Assembly: GCA_048941265.1 (NCBI GenBank)
Contig: JBHLNT010000148.1
Coordinates: 1-10,694, forward strand
DNA: 10,694 bases
Origin: Promethearchaeota archaeon
Lineage (GTDB): Archaea > Asgardarchaeota > Lokiarchaeia > Sigyniarchaeales > SOKP01
Direction of reading: 5' to 3'
Position numbers and translations under genes: made by a program. How positions within the stretch are numbered: position 1 is the stretch's first letter; every line of letters starts with the position of its first letter. Under the pieces are notes generated by a model, which saw nothing but the letters and a program-made list of their open reading frames with translations, was not told the DNA's origin and ran no database searches. Shown one piece after another: positions 1-7,860 of this stretch.

Positions 1-83
1 ATACACCTTATAAACAAAAATATATAAATTTGGTAAATTAATTAAATTAATTTAAAAAATCAAAATAAAGCTGAAAAAAATCG

Positions 84-1361
84 ATGAAGATATCCACAGA
101 AAGAATGAGAAGGGCATTTGGATTTATTCCGACGGCAACTTTTGCCGATGGGATGTGCCACTTGATAGGAGGATTTGGAAATTGTGGTGTTGTTGAGACT
201 GATGAGGGATTAATAATTTTCGATATAACTAATAAACAACTTGGTCCAAAAATATTTAGAGATCTTAGAATGGTTACAGATAAACCTATAAAATATATCA
301 TATATTCACATGGGCATTTCGACCATTGTTTTGGATTTGATCCATTCATTAAAGAAATCAAGGAAAAAGAATGGGAAATGCCAGAGGTTATAGCTCACGA
401 AAACTGCATAAGACGTTTCGAAAAATATAGAATGTTAGATAAATATCACATCTGGTTAAATCAACAGCAATTTGCGTCCCTCAAACGACCTGTAGAAGTC
501 TCCGCCCATGAAACCCTTGATCCTACAATCATCATTAAGGGAAATGAAACATATAAATTTGAATTGGGAGGTCTCACATTCGAGCTATACCCTGAATGGG
601 GTGAAACTGATGATGCTATATGGCTCTGGGTGCCTGAAAAAAAAGTTATCTTCGCTGGAGATCTTATTGTTGCGAGCTTTCCGAATGTCGGCAATCCGTA
701 TAAAGTTCAAAGATATCCCAAACACTGGGCTTTAGCAATGGAAAGAATGATGGAAAAAAATGCAGAGTATTTAGTACCTGGACACGGCGAGCTTATCGAG
801 GGGAAAGAAAAAGTCAAGGAAGTTTTGGCTATTATTGCTGAAGCAATGAATTTTGTTCATGATGAAGTCGTAAAACGATTGAATGAGGGCAAGTGGTTTG
901 AGCAAATTTTTCACGAAATGATCGAAATTTTCCCAGATAAACTCAAAGATTCCCCTTATTTATTACCTATGTATGGATGTTATGAATTTGCAATCCATGC
1001 CGTATATAGGCTTTACCATGGCTGGTATGATACAGGAAATCCTACAGATCTTTATCCAGCAAAACGCAAAGATATCGCGAAAGAGTTTTTAAAGCTTGCC
1101 GATGTTGCTAATTTTTTAGAACAGGCAAAAATAAATATTGAACAGGGAAAGCTACAGCTTGCTTTGCATTTACTTGATGTTATACTAGAGGGATACGATT
1201 CAGAGGATGCATTATTATTAGAAGCTTTAAAGTTAAAGTCTAAAGTTTTAAAACAAAAAGCTGAAACAGAAACCTCTTTCATTGCAAGTAATATTCTTAA
1301 TAATGGTGCCTTAGTGCTTCGACCTAAAATTAAGGAGTTAAAAAAGCAATTAAAATCGTAA
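84..1361 (+). CDS. Metallo-beta-lactamase-fold hydrolase, alkyl/aryl-sulfatase (SdsA1-like) type with helical dimerisation region
   Basis: 425-aa ORF with HGHFDH (HxHxDH), GETDD (Glu at the metal-ligand position typical of alkyl sulfatases), AGD, FPN-GNP, LVPGHG and a YxGWYDxGNP motif followed by helical repeats. No signal peptide or C-terminal SCP-2-like domain is visible. Confidence 0.88.
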   Translation: MKISTERMRRAFGFIPTATFADGMCHLIGGFGNCGVVETDEGLIIFDITNKQLGPKIFRDLRMVTDKPIKYIIYSHGHFDHCFGFDPFIKEIKEKEWEMPEVIAHENCIRRFEKYRMLDKYHIWLNQQQFASLKRPVEVSAHETLDPTIIIKGNETYKFELGGLTFELYPEWGETDDAIWLWVPEKKVIFAGDLIVASFPNVGNPYKVQRYPKHWALAMERMMEKNAEYLVPGHGELIEGKEKVKEVLAIIAEAMNFVHDEVVKRLNEGKWFEQIFHEMIEIFPDKLKDSPYLLPMYGCYEFAIHAVYRLYHGWYDTGNPTDLYPAKRKDIAKEFLKLADVANFLEQAKINIEQGKLQLALHLLDVILEGYDSEDALLLEALKLKSKVLKQKAETETSFIASNILNNGALVLRPKIKELKKQLKS

Positions 1362-1443
1362 AATCTCTATTATTATCCTTTTTCTAATTTAATTGAATTT
1401 GAAATAAAAATAAAGGAAAAAAAAGATTAAAAATAGTTTTATT

Positions 1444-2088
1444 TTAAATTATGTGTAGAATTCCTACAAAAATAATGAGAAGTACAACATTTATAACTGC
1501 TAAAGACCCTATAAATAATTTCTGTTTTCTTGGCTCCCAGTAATATGCATATACAGCGGCAGAGAAAAAGGGGATATATACGAAAATGAAGACCGTAAAT
1601 GCATTCCAATATTCGTGAACCCAAACAAATGCCGGGGTCATGACCAAAAAGATTTCTATAATAGAGGCAAGAGCGGCATTAGCCAGTATTATTCCTATTC
1701 TCCCTATCTTATTTGGAAAGCCAAATATTTCTTCTTCTGGGTCATCAGGTAATAATCTACTCACAGCAATCCCGGCTATTGAGAACATCAAACTGAGTTC
1801 GATACCAACTCCAATAAGGATTAAAAAAGCTGTTCCTGTTGGAATTGTCCATAGCGCGTGACCAGTTAAAGGTTGCCACAACGCATTAATAATTTCAGCA
1901 AGCCAATGTACCATGTAAAGTGCTAAACCTGCCGCGATAGCATTCCAATTTTTTTTCTTAATTTCGCTAAAATAGATGAATAAAACGAGAACAAGTAAAA
2001 AAATCACATAAAAGTTAAAATTTTCTCCGCTCCTCAAAATAGAGAGGGCTTGTTTAGTAGCTTGAGGATTATGAACCAAATTTTTCAC
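1444..2088 (-). CDS. Multi-pass membrane protein of unknown function (about 6 TM)
   Basis: 214-aa hydrophobic ORF, co-oriented downstream of the SDR. The true start may be TTG at 2079, with AGTGA as the RBS. Confidence 0.85.
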   Translation of the reverse strand: MKNLVHNPQATKQALSILRSGENFNFYVIFLLVLVLFIYFSEIKKKNWNAIAAGLALYMVHWLAEIINALWQPLTGHALWTIPTGTAFLILIGVGIELSLMFSIAGIAVSRLLPDDPEEEIFGFPNKIGRIGIILANAALASIIEIFLVMTPAFVWVHEYWNAFTVFIFVYIPFFSAAVYAYYWEPRKQKLFIGSLAVINVVLLIIFVGILHII

Positions 2089-2236
2089 TTTTTAATAGTT
2101 TGTCTATTTTTATTGTATTAAATTTATTAATTAGGGATAATTATTTCTTGAATTTTAAGTTTAAGTGCTTGTTTACTGATAAAATAAGTAAAAAAATATT
2201 TTTCGAAATAGTTCGTGAAACCATTCTTTCACGCTA

Positions 2237-3223
2237 TTATTTTATATACCCATTTTCTCTGAACCAGCTAATTGCTTTTTCAATAGTTTTTTTGATGGGT
2301 GTCTGTTTTAATCCTAATTCAGTTATAGCCTTGGAACAATCAAAATGTTCACCCATATTTCCTAAGCGTACCTGAGACACTGTCACAATGGGTGGTTTTT
2401 TTGTGATGCGGGAGGACAACTGACTTAAGTATCCTACTAATAAGGCAATTCTGTAAGGAATCTTATGTTTTGGCGGTTTTACTTCAGCAATTTCTGCAAT
2501 CATATTGAAAAATTCTCCAACAAACAAATTTTCATTGCCAAAGAGATATCTTTCACCAATTTTTCCTTTCTGAGCTGCCTGAATGTGTCCGCGTGCCACA
2601 TCTTCAACATCAATGACATTTATAGCACCTTCAATATATCCTGGCATGTCCCCATTGGCTATATCGACAAGTAATGCCCCTGAAGGTGTTGGCTTGCGAT
2701 CCCTGACCCCAATGACTAAAGTTGGATTTACTATTACAAGAGGAAGACCTTTTTCACAAATCTTTTTTGCTTCAATCTCAGCAAGGTACTTTGAGATGGC
2801 ATAGTGGTCTTTCGCCTCCCACCCATTGAATTCTGCTTCCTCCGTCACATAATTTCCAGCTCCATGAGATCCAATCGTATTAGAAGTGCTGGTATAAACA
2901 ACTTTTTCTAATCCTTGAGAAAGGGCTTCCTCAAGAATATTCTTGGTTCCCTCGACATTTATATCATAAAATAATTGTTTATTGGGTGACCAATGAGCAA
3001 AATAGGCTGCTGTATGATAAAGAGTACTGCATCCTTTCAGTGCTGTTTTTACGGCTTTCTTGTCCCGAATGTCGCAATAGACCTTCTCCACATTCAGATC
3101 ATCAATATTTCGAGTATCACTGGTCTTTCTAATAGTAACCCTTGCATCTTCACCATCTTTAATCAACTCTCTTACGACATTTGAACCCATAAAACCATTC
3201 GCACCTGTCACTAAAACTGTCAT
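2237..3223 (-). CDS. Extended SDR / NAD-dependent epimerase-dehydratase (dihydroflavonol-4-reductase/HpnA-like)
   Basis: VLVTGANGFMG (GxxGxxG), HTAA, NVEGT, YTSTS, catalytic YAISK (YxxxK) and DVEDVARGH. ATG at 3223 is preferred because the GTG at 3232 lies in the RBS-like GTGAT. Confidence 0.93.
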   Translation of the reverse strand: MTVLVTGANGFMGSNVVRELIKDGEDARVTIRKTSDTRNIDDLNVEKVYCDIRDKKAVKTALKGCSTLYHTAAYFAHWSPNKQLFYDINVEGTKNILEEALSQGLEKVVYTSTSNTIGSHGAGNYVTEEAEFNGWEAKDHYAISKYLAEIEAKKICEKGLPLVIVNPTLVIGVRDRKPTPSGALLVDIANGDMPGYIEGAINVIDVEDVARGHIQAAQKGKIGERYLFGNENLFVGEFFNMIAEIAEVKPPKHKIPYRIALLVGYLSQLSSRITKKPPIVTVSQVRLGNMGEHFDCSKAITELGLKQTPIKKTIEKAISWFRENGYIK

Positions 3224-3460
3224 TCTAATCACTTTCTAATATAATATTATTGACAGTAATAATAATTCTTAATACAATTAAATATTGAATAAGGTTTAAC
3301 TTTTAGATAATATGTAAAAATCCTACCAAGCTTATGAGAAGAATTATTTAATTAAAGCTAGAAATCCTATGAAAAAATTCTGAACCATCAATCTTGCAAG
3401 TTAAATGTAATTTAAGAAAACTTAAAATTCATCTTATTAAATCCATAGCCTCTTTAGTTT

Positions 3461-3468
3461 TTTATATA
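3461..3468 (+). promoter_or_regulatory. Candidate archaeal TATA box for the HIRAN gene
   Basis: TTTATATA ends 23 nt before ATG 3492. The same TTTATATAACC string occurs upstream of the last gene (~10525). The AT-rich background weakens the call. Confidence 0.35.
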
Positions 3469-3491
3469 ACCTAAGAATTGAGGACTATGTT

Positions 3492-3905
3492 ATGCTTAAT
3501 AAGTTAGAGTATAATAAAGATTATCATCTCCAAATTGTAGGTATTTATTATACTGGTAATGGGAAATACTTATCTAGATTGCCCCCTAAAACTATATTAG
3601 ATCTGAAGCCTGAACCGGACAATAAATATGATAGCTATGCTGTGAGTGTATGGCATAATACTTTTAAATTAGGATATATACCAAAAACCAGAAACAAACC
3701 ATTCTTTAATGCTCTGATGAAAGAAATTTTTGAACTTACCTGTCTTTTAGGCTATTATATTCCTAGTTCGAGAAAAAACAATTCTCATTCCAAAAAGAGA
3801 GATAAATTACAGCCAGAAAGAGCAAATATTACAATTCATACATATTCAACTCCAATTGAATGGCGTCCTGCTGTATTCTACCCTGAGGATTCAATGGCAT
3901 ACTAA
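3492..3905 (+). CDS. Stand-alone HIRAN-domain protein
   Basis: IVGIYY ... LKPEPDNKYDSYAVSV ... KLGYIPK matches the HIRAN pattern (G..Y; L.rEPdN.yD.nAv.V; lGYvP). Confidence 0.85.
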   Translation: MLNKLEYNKDYHLQIVGIYYTGNGKYLSRLPPKTILDLKPEPDNKYDSYAVSVWHNTFKLGYIPKTRNKPFFNALMKEIFELTCLLGYYIPSSRKNNSHSKKRDKLQPERANITIHTYSTPIEWRPAVFYPEDSMAY

Positions 3906-4049
3906 AAGAATTATCCATTTAAATTGCTTTTTATGTGTTTAAAGGATTCTTAATGAGTAAAAAACGCGTCCTAAAACATATCACAAATAGCTTTATTTTT
4001 ATTAGAAATAGTTTTATTATATCACTTGTATATATAATATTGTCTAATT

Positions 4050-5489
4050 ATGCTTTCAGATCAATTTTTAGAGATCATTGAGTCTTTGATATCAGGTGAA
4101 TCATTTAAAATAAGCGACTTTTTTACCCATATTATCAATGAAAATCCAAATCTTCAATCCTCTTCATTGAGATATGAAAAATTTAAGGAAGATCTTGAAA
4201 AAAATTATTATAATGCACTCTCCAAATTTTTGGCATCAAGAAAGTTTGATAAGTTTAGACGGTTATTCGAGATAAGTGATAAATTAGAAATTTTTATAAA
4301 TGTTAAGAAAATTCCACGCAGATTTGAAATTATCTCTGATTTGCATCTTTCTGGTATACAATCTGGTCAAATTGGCAATATTATTGAAATTATAAGGTTT
4401 TTTAACGAATATAATTTATTCGAGCGAACCTTTACTAAACATGAGTTAGAAATAATAGATTCTATAAAAAGAAAAGATAAAGCTCTTATAGCTAATTTAA
4501 ATGATCTATTTGGAAAAGTATCAAATTCGTTAATATGGTATTCATGCAAGATTATGCCCTATGATCTCTATTTAATTTATCTTAATAACACATCTACATT
4601 TCCTGATGATGAATATTTTTTTAGAACTGAATATAATTTAAGTTTTCTAAAAATATTTTTCGATAGGTACTCAATATATGGATTAAGTGTTCAAAAATTG
4701 GGAGATATAAGGAATTTTATTAATAGATTTGAAAAGCATTATTTACCAATCAAAAATAACAGTTCAAATAATGAACTGCAATTATTAAAATTTAGATTTG
4801 GAAGAAAGACACATTTAGTCTCAATAAATAATATTTTGAAAAATTACGAAAAAATTTTAGATTTTAAAAACCTCTATAAATTTTTCAGTTTATCAATGGT
4901 ATTGTTAGGAGGTCTTGGACCTCAAGGTCATGGTTTCACATATTCAACTCCTAGAGGAGAAATAGTAGAAATATGTAGTGATCGAAGAGAAAATCGTGCG
5001 ATAATCATAAAGTATAAAGAATTTCTAAAGAAGCAATTCTTAGCAAAATTAGAGAAAGTAATGGTTAAGAAAAACATTGATTCGAATATAATTAAAAATA
5101 CTATTGAGTATTTATCTGAGGCCCTTAATCCTGAAGAAATTGTAAATTATTACAAAATGGCATTGATATTAAAACAAGTTAATGAATTTTTTATTCAAAA
5201 TCAAGAAACACATTTCAAAAATGAATTGGATTTTAAATATATAATTGACAAAGTCTCAAACGCGATAAAAATTATTTTGAGGCCGATACAGATGGTAGAT
5301 CAATTTAAATGTCGAATGGACTTAGTTAATGAAGATAAGATCCAATCAGAAGATATTGCTAAATTGACAAGCCTCAAAGGTAAATCACATTACGATGTGT
5401 TGAGGGAGAGATTTTTCTTTCAAAATGAGATTAAGTGGTTTTTCAAAGATTATGCTGAAGAGTTATCGAAATCTGAAAGGCCTTTTTAA
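4050..5489 (+). CDS. Hypothetical soluble protein (479 aa)
   Basis: Long uninterrupted ORF, mostly helical-looking, with one Gly-rich motif-like block (LGGLGPQGHGFTYSTPRGEIVEICSD). No family recognised. Confidence 0.85.
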   Translation: MLSDQFLEIIESLISGESFKISDFFTHIINENPNLQSSSLRYEKFKEDLEKNYYNALSKFLASRKFDKFRRLFEISDKLEIFINVKKIPRRFEIISDLHLSGIQSGQIGNIIEIIRFFNEYNLFERTFTKHELEIIDSIKRKDKALIANLNDLFGKVSNSLIWYSCKIMPYDLYLIYLNNTSTFPDDEYFFRTEYNLSFLKIFFDRYSIYGLSVQKLGDIRNFINRFEKHYLPIKNNSSNNELQLLKFRFGRKTHLVSINNILKNYEKILDFKNLYKFFSLSMVLLGGLGPQGHGFTYSTPRGEIVEICSDRRENRAIIIKYKEFLKKQFLAKLEKVMVKKNIDSNIIKNTIEYLSEALNPEEIVNYYKMALILKQVNEFFIQNQETHFKNELDFKYIIDKVSNAIKIILRPIQMVDQFKCRMDLVNEDKIQSEDIAKLTSLKGKSHYDVLRERFFFQNEIKWFFKDYAEELSKSERPF

Positions 5490-5516
5490 ATTATTGAAGA
5501 GTGAGTTGCTTTAAAT

Positions 5517-6593
5517 TTGTTTAAAAATAAGCATGGAACGAGAGAAAATCCGCCAATTGATCTTTTTGCCAGAAAAGAGCTGGTTAGAGTTTATAATAAA
5601 GGAAATCCGGTTTGCGTGAATATAGAGATAAATCAGAGATGTGCTGGTGGTTGTTTATATTGTTATGCTAGCTCTTTAGATGCAGATAATCTTCGAAATG
5701 ACAATCTATCCTTTGATAAATTTAAGGAGATTCTTAAGCTAAAAAAGCTTGGAGTTCAAGTCGTATATTTATATGGTGGAGATCAACTTATACATCCTAA
5801 ATGTAAAGATATGGTTTTTTATGGCATCCAAGATGGTTTCCATATGTATATGCCTCTCGCCGGATTAATCCCAAAACATAAGGCTAAGTGGTTAGTTGAA
5901 GCTAGTGAATTTGCTAAGTCGAATGGTCAGGAATTCATTCTTGGAATGCATATAGATACATTGGATCAAGAGATATATAACCAAGTAAATAGACTACCAC
6001 ATTCACTAAAGTCTAAGATTGAGGGATATAAAACACTCCTTGATGAAGGGTTTCCTCCTGATAGAATATATGGCTGTCCTACTTTGACGAGCCAAAATGC
6101 GGAATCAATTAATGAACTTATGGATTGGTTTTATTCAGAAGGTGCTAAACATGTGGCAATTGCAGTTTTTAGACCCTTAGGACTTGCGAAGGATGAGGGA
6201 TCTAAATGGGAACCTACATTATCGCAAATAGAAAAAGCATTTCGTCATAGAGCGGACATCGAAGGAAAACACATGTTACTGATAGGGTGTTCAGATGGTA
6301 AGTATGCCTGTCAATCTCATTTAGCGGTTCTTGCCAATGGAGATGTAGCCCCATGCTTACTTTTACCAGATTTATCAGAAGGAAACATATATGAAGAAGA
6401 TATTCTTAAAATTGTGAAAAAGGCAAAAAAAAACCTGTTATTAAAAATTAATGTGAAAGGACCATGTGCAACTTGCGTTTCTAAACTTGTGTGTTATGGT
6501 TGCCGGGCAAATGCGCATATCTTTTTAGGAGATATCACTGCCTCTGATCCAAAATGTTTCTATAACCCTAACGCCCCAAATAAATGCTTTTAA
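5517..6593 (+). CDS. Radical SAM protein with C-terminal SPASM domain
   Basis: CAGGCLYC (CxxxCxxC), YGGD at the GGE position, C...C-x-NGDVAPC and CATC-x5-CYGCRA...SDPKC. TTG start 27 nt after the previous stop. Confidence 0.92.
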   Translation: MFKNKHGTRENPPIDLFARKELVRVYNKGNPVCVNIEINQRCAGGCLYCYASSLDADNLRNDNLSFDKFKEILKLKKLGVQVVYLYGGDQLIHPKCKDMVFYGIQDGFHMYMPLAGLIPKHKAKWLVEASEFAKSNGQEFILGMHIDTLDQEIYNQVNRLPHSLKSKIEGYKTLLDEGFPPDRIYGCPTLTSQNAESINELMDWFYSEGAKHVAIAVFRPLGLAKDEGSKWEPTLSQIEKAFRHRADIEGKHMLLIGCSDGKYACQSHLAVLANGDVAPCLLLPDLSEGNIYEEDILKIVKKAKKNLLLKINVKGPCATCVSKLVCYGCRANAHIFLGDITASDPKCFYNPNAPNKCF

Positions 6594-6640
6594 GTAAATA
6601 AATGTTAGTTTTTTAATTAATAAAATATTTCAATTGAATT

Positions 6641-7363
6641 TTATCTTGTAAATAAGACAATTGCTCGTCGAACCATTAATAAAAAGATAATAGACACTAA
6701 ACTAATCCATAATAACCAAAAAATAGATACCGCCGGATCAAGAGCAATAGAAAAGTCCACGTATAATATGGCCATTGCTATTAAAATAAGACCAAAAGCA
6801 AATCCTAAGCTAAATATTCCAACTACTATTAATTCACGGCGGATATTTTGCTCTAACCTGTCAGATGAGACATGGGAGAAACTACCTATGGCCAATAAAA
6901 TGTATGCTACAATCCCAAGGCTATACATACATTCAAATGCTAAATAAGAAATCAAAGGGTAGTTCGTATATTGAAATAATAGCAAAAGAATTATAGTTAC
7001 GATGATGAAGATTATTAGCATAGTGAATAGGATAAATCCTAAAACCAATAATAGTTTAATGTGTTTAAAGTGTATTTCAAGCACCAAAAGGTAAATCGAA
7101 AGCATCGAAATTCCGGTTAGACCAAAATAAATTAAATAGAAGAAAGGATTGATATAAAAATTTGAATTATATGGTGCTTCAAGTTCTGCTAATAATAATG
7201 AAATTATTCCACCAATCGCTGTACTAAATGAGATTACAAGAAGATTTAACCATCGCCTAGGAAAATAGTCCCTCCAAACAAGGATAATTACAAGAATAAC
7301 ACTAATAAGTATTAAAATAGTGGCAATATAAGTCCAGAAAAGTAATAAATTCAAATTTTTCAC
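6641..7363 (-). CDS. Seven-transmembrane membrane protein of unknown function
   Basis: 240 aa, with seven hydrophobic segments counted by eye and short loops. The true start may be TTG at 7354 behind GGTGA. Confidence 0.8.
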   Translation of the reverse strand: MKNLNLLLFWTYIATILILISVILVIILVWRDYFPRRWLNLLVISFSTAIGGIISLLLAELEAPYNSNFYINPFFYLIYFGLTGISMLSIYLLVLEIHFKHIKLLLVLGFILFTMLIIFIIVTIILLLLFQYTNYPLISYLAFECMYSLGIVAYILLAIGSFSHVSSDRLEQNIRRELIVVGIFSLGFAFGLILIAMAILYVDFSIALDPAVSIFWLLWISLVSIIFLLMVRRAIVLFTR

Positions 7364-7478
7364 CGAAACAAAGTTTATTTACTTAATTTCTAGTTAGTCT
7401 TAAGCTCTTTTATAGATTTTTATTTTATCATTTTAAAAATAAAAACAATATTTTGTTCCTAATGAGATTAAAGCATAA

Positions 7479-7688
7479 TTAAGAGTACTTTTCAATGATA
7501 TAATTCTGGAGAGAGCAAACATATTTTTCCAAATGTAATTTCAGGATTCTCTGCTCTATTTCACGAAGATAGGAAACATCTAATCGAGAAAATAATTCTT
7601 TCAATTTGTCAATCACATCAAATAATTCTACAATCGTATGCCAATCATTTGCCCACTCATCATCATGGATAATTTCTATTTGGCTAAT
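7479..7688 (-). CDS. Small helical hypothetical protein (69 aa), not in the ORF track; probable ATT start
   Basis: Manual translation gives (I/M)SQIEIIHDDEWANDWHTIVELFDVIDKLKELFSRLDVSYLREIEQRILKLHLEKYVCSLQNYIIEKYS*. GGAGGTG lies 7 nt upstream of ATT, there is no in-frame ATG/GTG/TTG upstream, and the ORF fills an otherwise empty gap. Confidence 0.72.
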   Translation of the reverse strand: MSQIEIIHDDEWANDWHTIVELFDVIDKLKELFSRLDVSYLREIEQRILKLHLEKYVCSLQNYIIEKYS

Positions 7689-7694
7689 TTTTAA

Positions 7695-7702
7695 CCACCT
7701 CC
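7695..7702 (-). promoter_or_regulatory. Shine-Dalgarno site for the 69-aa ORF
   Basis: GGAGGTGG on the minus strand, close to the archaeal consensus GGAGGTGA. Confidence 0.7.
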
Positions 7703-7770
7703 TTGAACATTTTTAATAGTATTTGTGTAATTTACGATACTTCGCTGTAAAAAAGATATAGATACTGTAA

Positions 7771-7787
7771 GAAAAGTAATTTATAAA
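7771..7787 (+). promoter_or_regulatory. Candidate BRE/TATA promoter in the divergent intergenic region
   Basis: Purine-rich GAAAAG followed by palindromic TTTATAAA (7780-7787), between the two divergent genes. Confidence 0.4.
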
Positions 7788-7848
7788 GACTATATTTAAT
7801 TAGTTCTTCTATCTAAAAGAACCAAATAATTTCATTAGAAATTAAAAA

Positions 7849-7855
7849 GGGTGAT
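7849..7855 (+). promoter_or_regulatory. Shine-Dalgarno site for the URO-D family gene
   Basis: GGGTGAT, 5 nt before ATA at 7861. Confidence 0.65.
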
Positions 7856-7860
7856 GAGAA

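Noticed and set aside
47-1282. Short ORFs 47-361, 461-694, 508-735 and 1052-1282
   Set aside because: They are antisense or out-of-frame shadows of the well-supported MBL hydrolase and carry no motifs.
1362-1443. Hairpin terminator between convergent genes
   Set aside because: Only T-rich and A-rich tracts with weak complementarity are present. They are plausible archaeal terminators but are not distinguishable from background.
1439-3184. Short ORFs 1439-1624, 1640-1861, 2100-2375, 2465-2674, 2583-2804 and 2993-3184
   Set aside because: They overlap the membrane protein or SDR genes and show no independent coding signal.
7852-7857. In-frame TGA TGA as selenocysteine or readthrough upstream of the URO-D gene
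   Set aside because: These codons overlap the SD motif and lie before the family's conserved N-terminus, and no SECIS-like hairpin was recognised.
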